A stretch of DNA of 63,547 bases, counting the filler, from Hyphochytrium catenoides (lineage: Eukaryota > Protista > Hyphochytriomycota), in assembly GCA_900088475.1 (NCBI GenBank). It is 9 parts of 9 records of this genome, joined end to end, with 100 filler letters (N's around TTAATTAATTAA, not from the genome) between each part and the next. Parts side by side here need not be neighbours in the genome. Positions count along the whole stretch, not along the records: positions 35,341 to 38,156 come from FLMG01000991.1; positions 38,257 to 40,171 come from FLMG01001879.1; positions 40,272 to 41,738 come from FLMG01000696.1; positions 41,839 to 44,465 come from FLMG01001960.1; positions 44,566 to 52,992 come from FLMG01003218.1; 4 more parts are not named here. One strand, given 5' to 3'. The notes under the pieces were generated by a model that worked only from the letters and a program-made list of their open reading frames with translations, was not told the origin of the DNA and did not search any database. Numbering within the stretch: the first letter of the stretch is position 1; every line of letters begins with the position of its first letter. The translations under genes were made by a program, and so were the position numbers. This document shows, one piece after another, positions 35,588 through 46,218 of this stretch.

Positions 35588-37583
35588 TGGTAATCTTTGG
35601 AAATGACTCTAGCAAGATCCGCCCATTTAGCGCTGAGCTCAGGGAAAATGAGCGAGGGCTCTCTTTCTCTTCCCTCTTTCTCTTCTCGACCAGCGTCTAA
35701 GAGTGTGAAGAAAAGCTCGCACCTGAAAGAAGTCAAACGGTAAAGTTGGACATTAGATCCTGTCGTGTTGAGAGTTCTCTCTCCACCTGCCTCTCTTTCT
35801 TGTCGTCAATTCTCCATCTCTCTCTCTCTCTCTCATACTCTCTCTCGTTGTCTCTCTCTCTCTCTCCACCTCTCTCCCTCTCTCCCTCTCCCCCGCCCCC
35901 CTCTCTCTCCCCCTCTCTCTCCTCTCTCCCTCCCTCTCTCTCTCTCTCTCAACCTCTCTCTCTGTCTGTATCTCTCGCTCTTCCTCGCTGTCTCTCTCTC
36001 TCTCTCTCACAGTCTCTCATTCCTCTCCTGAGTTCTCTCTCTCTTTGTCTAACTCCCTCTCTCTCTCTCTCTCTCTGTTTCTCTCCTCGCTCTCTTTTCA
36101 TCCTCTGTCCATCTATTTTTCTTCTCACTTTCCCCCTTCCCTTTCTCTATTCCCTGTCTGGGGATTATAATCACGATCCTACCTTTCTTCCTCCGAAAGG
36201 CAGAGGGCAGAGAAAGGAAGAAGAGAGAAAACGCCATCCGCCATCTGGACAAGGAGTAGAAGAAAAGAAGAAAAGGAAAGTCTCTCCCCTTCTCCTCGAG
36301 GAAGAGATTGATCGCTGATGCGCGCTGTAATCATCACCGCGGAAGCGAAGAGCAGTTCTCCCTCTTCTGGAGAGAGAAAAGAGGGAGAGAGAGAGAAAGA
36401 AGAGAGAAAGGCGAGGAAGTCCGCCCGGGTCATCATTTCTCCCTGCTAGGCAAAAGTCACTTAGATTATAAAGCATACACAAAGTAGGGGAGAGAGAGAG
36501 AGAGAGACAGAGAGAGATAGAGGGAGAGAGAGAGAGACAGAGAGAGAGACACAGAGAAAAATTGAGAAGAAGAAGAGAAAAAAGACGCAAGAGATAAATA
36601 CAGCGGAAGGAGTCTCTACAAAAGATACAGACACAAAAGAGGAAGAGAGAGAAACAGCAAATGGAAAGCGGTAGAGTAAGAGAGAGAGAAAGAAAGAGAA
36701 CAAAGAGAGATGAAAAGGAAAGAGAAGGGAAGGCTACCAGAGTAAACCAGAAAGAGAGCGAGCAGCTAAGACTTACTTCTTGGCTGCAGAGAGAAGAGAA
36801 GAGTCTCTCGAGTTGGGGACGGTGCTGGTCTACGACGCCCAGGAACTAGAAGAGAGAGCCAATTGGAGTCAGTAGTTCGGTTCTTTCCTGAGAGAAAGTA
36901 CTCGTCACATCCTCAGAAACGGTCTCTTTCCCTTTCCTGTCCTTGTTCTTTTCGAAACATTGCTATTTCTCACTCATCCTTCCGTCTCTCTCTCGTTGTC
37001 TCTTTTGTCGTCTTTCTCTTCTCTCTGTCTTCGTCTTGCACGACTGCCTGGAATATTGCTTCAATTCTCTCTCTCTCTCTCTCTCTTTTCTCTTGTTCTC
37101 TCTCTCGTTCCTCTCATCCTCTCATCTCTTATTAGAGTCTTCTTCTCTCTTACATGTTCTATCCGACTGTCCATCAAACCAGAAGGTTGTCCATCTGCAG
37201 ATCGGGAAGCCGACGAAGAGAAGAGAGAGACACGAGCAGCATCGTCTTTCTCTTTCCTTTCCACTTTCAAGGGCTCTCTTCTCTGCTCACCCTTGTTCCC
37301 TTCCATTCTCTGGTTCTCTTGACCCTTTACACTCTCTTTCCCAGAGGGAGAAAATGAGGTCTGTTTCGCTCTCTCTCCTAGGGATGACTCTGCTTCCCGC
37401 AAGGCCTCAGCTTTTATTACGGAAGAGAGAGAAGAGAGAGAAGAAAGAGAATCTGCGATGTCTTTTCTCTCTTCCGCCGGGTCTTCTGTCTCTGTGAAAG
37501 CCTCAGCTATGAAAAGCTCCTGGTCATCGACGGCAATGCCATTAAGCTCCATTTTCTACTTCCTTCCTTTCTCTTTCTTTCTT

Positions 37584-37618
<35 letters not shown>

Positions 37619-37800
37619 GCCCACTCTCTCTTTCTCTCTCTCTCTCTCTGCCCACTCTCTCTTTCTCCTTTCTTTCTCCCCCTTCAGGTCTTCCTCTTCC
37701 CGATCCTCCTTCCAGACCAGCTCTCGTACAATAGAAAGCTATGGCGCACAAGAGAAGGTCAAGAAAGAGAGAGAGAGAGAGAGTCACCTGGCGCACAAGA
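35588..37800 (-). CDS. Partial multi-exon gene of unknown function, E/R/K/S-rich
   Basis: A clean exon flanked by ttcag/gtaagc (~35588-35722: CELFFTLLDAGREEKEGREREPSLIFPELSAKWADLARVISKDYQ) and a non-repetitive ORF core at 37061-37552 (ELNGIAVDDQELFIAEAF..). No family recognised. Confidence 0.4.
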
Positions 37801-39805
37801 AATTAGCAGAAAATTCAAAGCGAGTACAGCTTTGACAGAGTTAAGAAGGCATACTAGGAAGCTGTGACGAGAACTCGAGGAGGAAAGGAGAAAGAATAAA
37901 GAATATCCCGCCGGCGAGAGAGAGAAAATGACAAGAGAGAGAGAGAAAGGTTCTACGCTCTAGTGAGAACAAGACAGAGAGGGAGAAAAGAGAGAGAGTG
38001 GGAAAGGTGAACGAGGGAAGAAGAAGAGAACGAGTGAAGAGAAGAAAGAGTGAAGGCGAGGCCGTACGAGGGAGAGCAAGAGAGACAGAGAGTGCGAGAG
38101 AATGAGAATTAGTGGAGACAGAGAAAGAGAGAACAGAAGAAAGAACAGCGGCGGGTNNNNNNNNNNNNNNNNNNNNNNNNNNNNNNNNNNNNNNNNNNNN
38201 TTAATTAATTAANNNNNNNNNNNNNNNNNNNNNNNNNNNNNNNNNNNNNNNNNNNNGACCATTGGCACGGTGGATGCTAAGCATCGCACCGCTCATACAA
38301 GTAGAGGTTAAAAAGATCCAAAGCAGCCGGAAACAGTCTTGTACTGCATTGAGTGTATGCCCTCAAACCAACTTGCAGGAAGGGTGCGTCTTTTGAATGA
38401 CAAGCAGATCTCAGATCTCTCCACCTTCCTTCAGCGCTACACCGTCGAGCGTTTGCCGTGCGTTCCACCTGGTGACTTGCGACGCGCCTTACTGTTATTC
38501 CAGGCTATAGTCTAGCAGGAAAGCAAGTGCTGGACAAGGCTATCAATGACTAGAGAATAAAGAGGAGACAGATCGAGCGTAGCCGTACTCAAGAATAGAA
38601 CATAGTGGTTCAAACGAGTAGAAAATGGTGAGGAAAAGAAAGGAGAACGTGAAGAGAGAGAGAGAGGGATGGAAGAGAGGGCCCCATCATCAATTGTCCT
38701 TCTCTTCTATTCTTATTTTGATTTCTTTCTTCGTATAAAAAACCCACACAACCTTCGGTATTCTCCCTCATTTAATAGACGATAGAGGGACAAGAAGAGA
38801 AAGGCACCAAGGGAGAATCAGAAGGAGCGAGCAGAATAGAGGACCAGAGAAGAAGAGAGAGATAGAGAAACGGAAGCAGAGGACATCCCCTGTGTCTCCC
38901 TGAGCGTTATCGCTAGAACTGCGAGAAGTGCCTCAGTAAGACATGAAATGAAAACTTGTTATTCTCTTGTCTTAAAAAAGTTGACGAGAGCAGAAGAAAA
39001 CACTACCGCACTCCCTCTTCCTAGGCAAGGAGCGCATCAGAAACTAGGAGCGGGAACGATAGAGGGACAGAGAGAGCAGAGAATAGATAGATGGCCACTG
39101 TATCTCCTGAGTGGTATCGTTAAAAGAGCAAGGAGTGCCTCAACGTGGAGAAGTTTGTCCTCTTATCTTAAGGCCGTTGACGAGAGCGGAGATAAACACT
39201 ACCCTACTCCCTCTTCGTAAGCGAGAGGAGCTTCTGTGTTCCCTCGTTTCCCTCTGTTTCTTCCCTTCCACCCTCATCGCTCTGTGGGTCTTTCCTTTGA
39301 CTGCCTTGCACTCCATACATACCTCTTTCCATTCTTCTCTTTCACTTCTTCCGCTGGCTCCTTCATCCACTTCACTCGCTTCTGTCTTCAATCTCTTCTC
39401 TCTTTATATCTCTCTCTCGCTCTTCCTGGTTATTGCAGCGATTAGGGTATGAGTCGAATTTCTCCATCAGAGAGAAGGGGGGGTTCATGGCAAAGGCAAC
39501 ATACAGAAGGTAGGTTGCGTTTGTTTCTATTCGCTCTCCTTTGTCCGGCGCGCGCTGGAGAGACAGACCTCCTTCTGCCGTCTCAATTACCTGCTTGCAG
39601 GAGTCTTGCCGAAGATGTCTCTGCGAAGCTTTTCTCCCTCCTTTCATCCCCCTCCTTCTTCTCGGATGCAAGGTCATTTGACCGAAGAGGCTAATAAGCT
39701 CCAGGCAAATTTTTTGATGAAAAAAGAGAGGACGCAGATTTGAGGGATAGCATGAAAAGCAGGGCACTATAGCTATACGAGCTGGAATATAAAGCAATCA
39801 TCGCG

Positions 39806-39827
39806 CTAACCCTAACCCTAACCCTAA
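39806..39827 (+). repeat. Interstitial telomeric repeat (CCCTAA)n, ~3.7 units
   Basis: ctaaccctaaccctaaccctaa; a shorter copy accctaaccctaacc lies at 49947-49961. Confidence 0.7.
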
Positions 39828-40272
39828 GTTGGTGAGTTTATCTAAGCGGAGACTAGGGCTCACGGAAAATAGAGGTAGCCAACAACATATTTACCAGCTA
39901 GGAGCCAGTAGTGGTGCCTGCCTTAGGTGCCAGCTTAGGTGCCACCCGAGGAGCCAGTCTCGCTCTGTCCCCTAGGTACCAGTTATTAGCAGATTCCTGG
40001 AATCCAGCCTCAGGAGCCGCCTATATATATTTACCAGCTCTGTCAAGCACGTACTGATGCAAGTCACAGGTCGCACTACTCTAGCTTCTAGCCTATCAGA
40101 GGCGTCGGACGAGGCACCAACCTAGTAGGTACCAACTCAGTGTTGGCCCTGATACCACCAGCTTGGGGATTNNNNNNNNNNNNNNNNNNNNNNNNNNNNN
40201 NNNNNNNNNNNNNNNTTAATTAATTAANNNNNNNNNNNNNNNNNNNNNNNNNNNNNNNNNNNNNNNNNNNNT

Positions 40273-40680
40273 TTGGTCCCTTTTGTCCTGGAAGACTACT
40301 GGCATCGATGCTGTAGTCACTTCTGTCCTGGAGGGTTACTGCCACCCATGCTGTGGTCCCTTGCCGTGGTCCCTTTGGTCCAGAAGGATTACTGCCACCA
40401 TGCTGTGATCCCTTTTGTCCTGGAGGAGGATTACTGTCACCGATACTGGGGTTCCTTCTGTCCTCAAGACTTGAGACTGTGATCCCTTGCCGTATTGCCG
40501 TAGTCCCTTTTGTCCTGGTGGATTACTGTCACCAAATGCGGTGGTCCTTGCCGTGGTCCCTTTTGTCCTGGAGGACTACTGGCATCGATGCTGTAGTCAC
40601 TTCTGTCCTGAAGGGTTACTGCCACCCATGCTGTGGTCCCTTGCCGTGGTCCCTTTTGTACAGGAGGATTACTGTCACCA
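40273..40680. repeat. Minisatellite of ~40-50-nt monomers with a ~280-nt higher-order repeat
   Basis: Recurrent monomer GGTCCCTTTTGTCCTGGAGGATTACTGTCACC-ATGCTGT; the block starting ~40275 recurs almost exactly at ~40555. Confidence 0.9.
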
Positions 40681-41889
40681 CTCTTATACGAACTGGTACT
40701 ACCTAGACTGAGACCTCGGTTCGCACCTAAGGTTGGCACGGAAGCTGTCGCCAGCGTGAGTACCTGGACTGCATGCATCTAGGCTCGTGCATAGCTTGCT
40801 ATCTAGTTTGGCTTGACACCAAGGCGAACCGACACCTAGGCTGGCACCTAGGGCTCGCTGCCGCAGGGCCATGAAAGGGTGGTGCGTACTGTTACTAAAT
40901 CTAGGAAGATTAGAAGTTGCTCACGAGGAGTCACTCTCTGCCCTTACTAGTCAAGAACCAAGCAAGTCAGAAGAAAGAATGGAGCACTCTGAGGAGGACC
41001 TATCTTACACTGATGAGGAGCAATTCCACAATGGTTTGTACCAGGTGACAGACTCTGAGACGGAAGACAAACAGGCGCATACAGCAGACTACGTACAGAC
41101 ACTACAGAACATTAACTATGGGAAAGGGGAAGCGACCTACAAGGCAAGTATAACTTACAGGAATCAGGATATGAAGGATATGACACCCAGGGAGAATGAC
41201 CCAAAGGACATGGAAGGAGACATTACCTAGAGAGGGATATTGAAGTAGCCAGAATACTGCGGATACCTGTCCAAGGTACTGTATTAATGTAGGGCTTACA
41301 GGACTTACAAAGGATGTAGGAGAGAACTGACAGTAGCAGATATAGTGAAGTAGGATAGCACAAGGAGAACAAAAGATAGGAGGCATAGTAACGAACAGAG
41401 TAGACAGAGAAGAACAGAGTAGATCATAGCGGTTAGTAGAGAACCTAAGAACTAATCCAGTCAGTTGAGAAGTTCCAGAACAAGACTAACAACTCACGCT
41501 ATTATTCCTCAAAGGAACCTAGCGCCGCTCACCAGGCACGCGAGGCGTTTTAGTTACACCGAGGTGGAGTATGCTGTCGCGGAAGACCGGGGAGGAAGGG
41601 AGGAATCAGCCCTTCCTGCACAATACCGCGCCACGCCGGCGGGTAAGCAGTGTAGCTCTTGTCCAGAATGAGAGCTTTGTTGGGCCGCGGTCTGCCGAAC
41701 TTTGCCCCCGAACGAGGTGCGTGAGCGAAGTAAGAGAGNNNNNNNNNNNNNNNNNNNNNNNNNNNNNNNNNNNNNNNNNNNNTTAATTAATTAANNNNNN
41801 NNNNNNNNNNNNNNNNNNNNNNNNNNNNNNNNNNNNNNTACAAGGAGATGACCCATCCCCTAACCTCTGCAGGCGTAAAGTAACCTACA

Positions 41890-42307
41890 GTAAGACAGGC
41901 TTCCGCTCTGCAACCCCTCGAAAGGTGTGCAGCTAGCTACAAGCCGATGCCAGTATAATGGGAGGAAGGTAGTTGTACATCATGTACGTTGGTGTCCCGC
42001 GGTAGAAGGGTTGTAAGACCGGCTTCCGCTCTGCAACCCCTCGAAAGGTGTACAGCTAGCTACAGCCCAATACCGATACAATATAGTGGAGCAAGGCAAG
42101 TGTACATCATGTACGTTGGTGCCCGGCGGTAGAAGGGTTGTAAGACAGGCTTCCGCTCTGCGACCCCCATTACCGCTGCTGACAGAAACCGCTTACTAGA
42201 GGAACACAAGACACAATGTGGTCGTTGGCTACCCCGTCGCCACAGGATTAAAAGACAGACTTCCGGTAGGCAACCCGACCCTCCAAGTTTTGGCTGCCCG
42301 CAGCTAG
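41890..42307. repeat. Array of four diverged ~110-127-nt units, each with a hairpin core and a downstream CTAG
   Basis: Core GTAAGAC(A/C)GGCTTCCGCTCTGC(A/G)ACCCC at 41890, 42013 and 42140, and a degenerate copy at ~42250. Confidence 0.85.
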
Positions 42308-42634
42308 AGGTCTAAGATTTAGGTTTAGGGTCTTACAAGGGGTCAATCCAAATATACTAACATTTACTGAGCATAGTATAGATCCTTGTCGCACAGCGTC
42401 TACTTTATTTAGGTTTAGGACTCCTTGTCAGCTTACCTAAACTTACAGGCTTGCAGCCTGGAAGGGTACCCAATCGCCTAAGCCCGTGTTTTGTTCCTGC
42501 GACCCCTTCCCATACTTGTAATAGTAAAGATCAATTCAAGATCGGGAGGTCGCAGGGTTGCCGTACGATATTAGCGGAGCAATGGGTAGCGGAAGTCAAT
42601 TCACTCTTGCATTGTTATAGGGTTCTGGGGCCTT

Positions 42635-43672
42635 TGTGGTGAGTTGTGGTGAGCTCACTGTCTGGTGATTTCTGGAAGCTCTCTGGCGGGTCTGGGGGCT
42701 CTGTGGTGAGCTCTGGTGAACTCACTGGCCGGGCGCTCTGGTGATTGCTGCTGGGTGGATCTCTGGCGTGGTCTGGGGGCTCTGTGGTGAGCTCTGGTGA
42801 GCTCACTGGCCGGCGCTCTGGTGATTTTTGGGTGGATCTCTGGCAGGTTCTAAGGGGTCTCTGGTGAGCTCTGGTGAGCTCACTGGCGGGTGCTCTGGTG
42901 GTCTCTGGGGGATCTCTGGCGAGGTCTGGGGTTCTCTGGTGAGCTCTGTGACCTCACTGGCGGGCGCTCTGGTGGGCGTTCTGGTGATGTCTGGAGGATC
43001 TCTGGCGAGGAGGTCGGGGGCCTCTCTGGTGAGCTGTGGCGTGGGCGCATCTAGAAACATTGGGGGGAACTCTGGTGATGAGCTCTGGTGGTGGAACCTC
43101 TGATGAGCGCTGTGGTGGTGGTGGGTGCTCTGGTACTAAATAATGGCTTACACCTTGATGTGGGGATGTCTAGTTGGCTGCGTCGTGGGGTTCGCTGGTG
43201 AGCTCTGTAGTAGTGGGTGCTCTAGCAGTAACCTCGGGGCGGCTCTCTGGTGACCTCTGGAACTCTCGGGGGGCCGAGCTGTCTAGTGGTGGGGACGCTA
43301 TTCTGGTGCGCTCTTTTTAGCTCGCTGATGATGATGAGGTCTAGGGCAGGCGCTAGTGAGCTCTGTTGAGCGCTCTGATGGATGAGCTCTCGGATAGGCT
43401 CTGGTGGTGAGCTCTCCTCTGATGAGCTCTGGTGAGCTCTCCTCTGATGAGCTCTGGTGAGCTCTCCTCCGATGGGCTCTGGTGAGCTCTCTTTTGATGG
43501 GCTCTGGTGAGCTCTCCTCTGATGGGCTCTGGTGAGCTCTCCTCTGATGAGCTCTGGTGAGCTCTCCGCTGATGAGCTCTGGTGAGCTCTCCTCTGATGA
43601 GCTCTGGTGAGCTCTCGTCTGATGTGCTCTTCTGGTGATGAGCTCTTGTTTGACTGGTCAGCTCTCTGGTGA
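42635..43672. repeat. CTCTGGTGAG-based satellite: degenerate ~80-nt units, then ~9 copies of the 25-mer GAGCTCTGGTGAGCTCTCCTCTGAT
   Basis: Near-perfect 25-nt periodicity at ~43400-43625; the translated ORFs cycle through all three frames, as expected for a non-3n unit. Confidence 0.92.
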
Positions 43673-44681
43673 GCGAACGCCCTTCCACTTATACGGACCA
43701 AGAAATAGAGGGAATCTCTCCACACAATATAGACGGGACTGAGTGATAGACGACAACGACTTCTGGTCCTAGTCGTCCGTGTACCTGGAATTTTTTTCAA
43801 AACTCGAGAGTCTCCATTGCTACAAAAAAAGACAAGAATATCCTCTACCACCAGTGCCCAGAGCCTAGAAATTTCTCTTGCACAAGATCTATTGCCACAG
43901 GTACTGGCCAAACTTCTGACAGCGTTATAGTTTGAGAGTTTCTCTCGCTAGACAGCCACGACAGTGCATTGCAGTCCCCCACCAACGTGTGTTAGTTACC
44001 AATAAAATCATAGAAGTAAGTACATCACGAGTTTTCGATGACAGATTGGTAGAGTAGCAATGCCCATTGCCGCCTAACAAGCGCTCAGAAAGAAGTCTAT
44101 GCCGTAAAGCGCAGGACGCAGCATACAATTTGATTTTGGTATTTACGTTTGCATCCCCGCTTTCCTTCTTCTTATCATTAGAGGTGAGACAGCACCTCAT
44201 CTCCTTCTGCCAGTGGGTTTGTTGTTGAACCTATAGTAATATTAGATGTTTCGCGCATACGGCGATAACTAACATCAAGGTGGTAAGACGGGCAGGCTAG
44301 CAGCCCACCTTTCACAAAGCTAACCAGTAGAGCGTAGCCTCTGAAAATCTGCACCAAGAACAATGTTCTTCCTTTCTAAACACGAGGAACAAGACCATGG
44401 GTGCAAGATTGGTGACTGTTGAGGATCAAACTTTTCTCTCACGTTCCTTCATCTGACTCTTTGTGNNNNNNNNNNNNNNNNNNNNNNNNNNNNNNNNNNN
44501 NNNNNNNNNTTAATTAATTAANNNNNNNNNNNNNNNNNNNNNNNNNNNNNNNNNNNNNNNNNNNNGGGGCTCAATCTCTTTAATAAGGTCAGAAGGGCAC
44601 CTTCTCCTCCAACTGTCAACTTCCTTCGTCCCGCCATAGTCCCTCTTTCTCATGATTTGTGATCACATTTGCACACACCAG

Positions 44682-45750
44682 GGAGACTTCGAGGGCGCCA
44701 TCAGGTCATTTACGGAAGCGATAGAGGTAGACTGCTTTAAGACTATCGCAGATCTTTCTCCATTAGTGTTGCCTCACAGTGATAAAAGAAAAATCATACG
44801 TTTCGTCTTTCGCATCTTGTCTTAAGAGAACTAGAAAGAGTGCTCTTTCCATGACCGGCTTCACACTGAGTGGCCCGACTCTCCTTCTCCCAGTCCAACA
44901 AGTCAGTATCCCGCTTTTTTGAAGACAGAGGAAAGGCACACTTCTTCAACCAGGTAAAAATTGTCTGGAGAAACAGAAAGCATCTTAGCTCGGATGAACG
45001 CGTTGCAGGAAGAACACGAGTTGCTGTCCCTTGCTACCGTCAGTATATCTGTTTCTCTCAGTGTCCCCAACCCCTATACGGTTCCTTCTATTATGACTTC
45101 TTGACGTTGTGATGCCCCTCTCTCATATACCTGCGTCAACGCTAAAGGACATTCATAAAGCATATGAGGACTTCAACGCAGCTTTGAATCTTGATCCAGC
45201 CAATACGTCTCTCAGGGTAAGGCCTTGACGCTAGTGGCTGGGGTGCATTTGACCGAAAACGTCATTGCTCGTCTTTTGCTAGCTGTCCTCTACTCCTTCC
45301 TCACTCCCTTGACTATACTTGTGCCTGTAAGAATTTAGCCTGCCCCGTCGTTTCTCCAACTTGAGCGCGCTATTTTTTCCCTTGAAAGCGGGTTGAACGC
45401 TACAAGCCGACGGGATAGTGACTCCCTCTTTACCTGCCGGTCTGCTGTGCGTGCTATATATGTCTCCCACTTCCTAGGCAAAGATGCAGCAGTTCTCCTC
45501 AGTTCACAAGTCGACTGGAAGAGGAACTAAGCCCTTAGAACTGACTCCAGCTAAGGGGCCCAAACCCACATTTGCCGGTTCAGGAGGGAGAAATAGCAGC
45601 TCGCCACCGGGAAAAAGTAGGCCGTTTTCTGTCCGTATCAACTTAAGAATGGCGTGTCAATCCGAAATTGACGCTGACAACTTCTCTCCTCCCGTCTATG
45701 TTTTTGAATGTCTCTAGGAAGTCCGATGAGAACGAAGACGGAGCGATAGG
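44682..45750 (+). CDS. 3' part of a tetratricopeptide-repeat (TPR) protein
   Basis: Spliced exons give GDFEGAIRSFTEAIE|SNKSVSRFFEDRGKAHFFNQ|DIHKAYEDFNAALNLDPANTSLR|AKMQQFSS.., a TPR consensus (G..E.A...F..A; A..DF..AL.LDP.N). The 5' end is truncated at the contig edge and the 3' end is approximate. Confidence 0.75.
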
Positions 45751-46218
45751 CTCGACTAGCAAACTGCGGGGAAGGCCAAGTGAACAATCAAGATAAACTC
45801 ACCGATACTGATGACAACACCCTTCTTATTTAGGCGCTCTCATGATTGTTCTGCATTTCTATTTGCCATTCCCTTGTAGAAGCAGTTAAATTGCCAACTC
45901 TTGACTCTTTTCTAGTATCGCTAAAAAGTCTACCACTCTCTGTACCTAGCTGAGACCACTGCGTCCTATCGGATGCTATCATTGTCTCGGCCCACCGGTA
46001 GCAACTGCAGCTTTTCCGAGCTACCTTGGTCCTGCTGCCTTAAGTGCTAGCCATGTCACCAGCAGTCAGCATATAAAGTCTCTCTGTGTTCAATGTTTAT
46101 AAGTGCGGCTATCTTCTCTTCTAGTTTAGCTCTTCAAGCTATTAGGACTATAGATTAACACGCAACATTCCGAGGAGCTTGAGTGGCCCCGCTTTGTCTG
46201 TCTAGCCCCTAACTTTCC

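Noticed and set aside
38360-38515. Possible terminal exon (..LNDKQISDLSTFLQRYTVERLPCVPPGDLRRALLLFQAIV*)
   Set aside because: Single short fragment at a contig edge with no recognisable homology.
41890-42307. CRISPR array
   Set aside because: Eukaryotic context, no cas genes, constant parts too long (~90 nt), and the linkers are detectably related to each other.
43925-44200. hAT transposase remnant (TRW motif)
   Set aside because: Only a three-residue resemblance, with no other catalytic motifs or TIRs.
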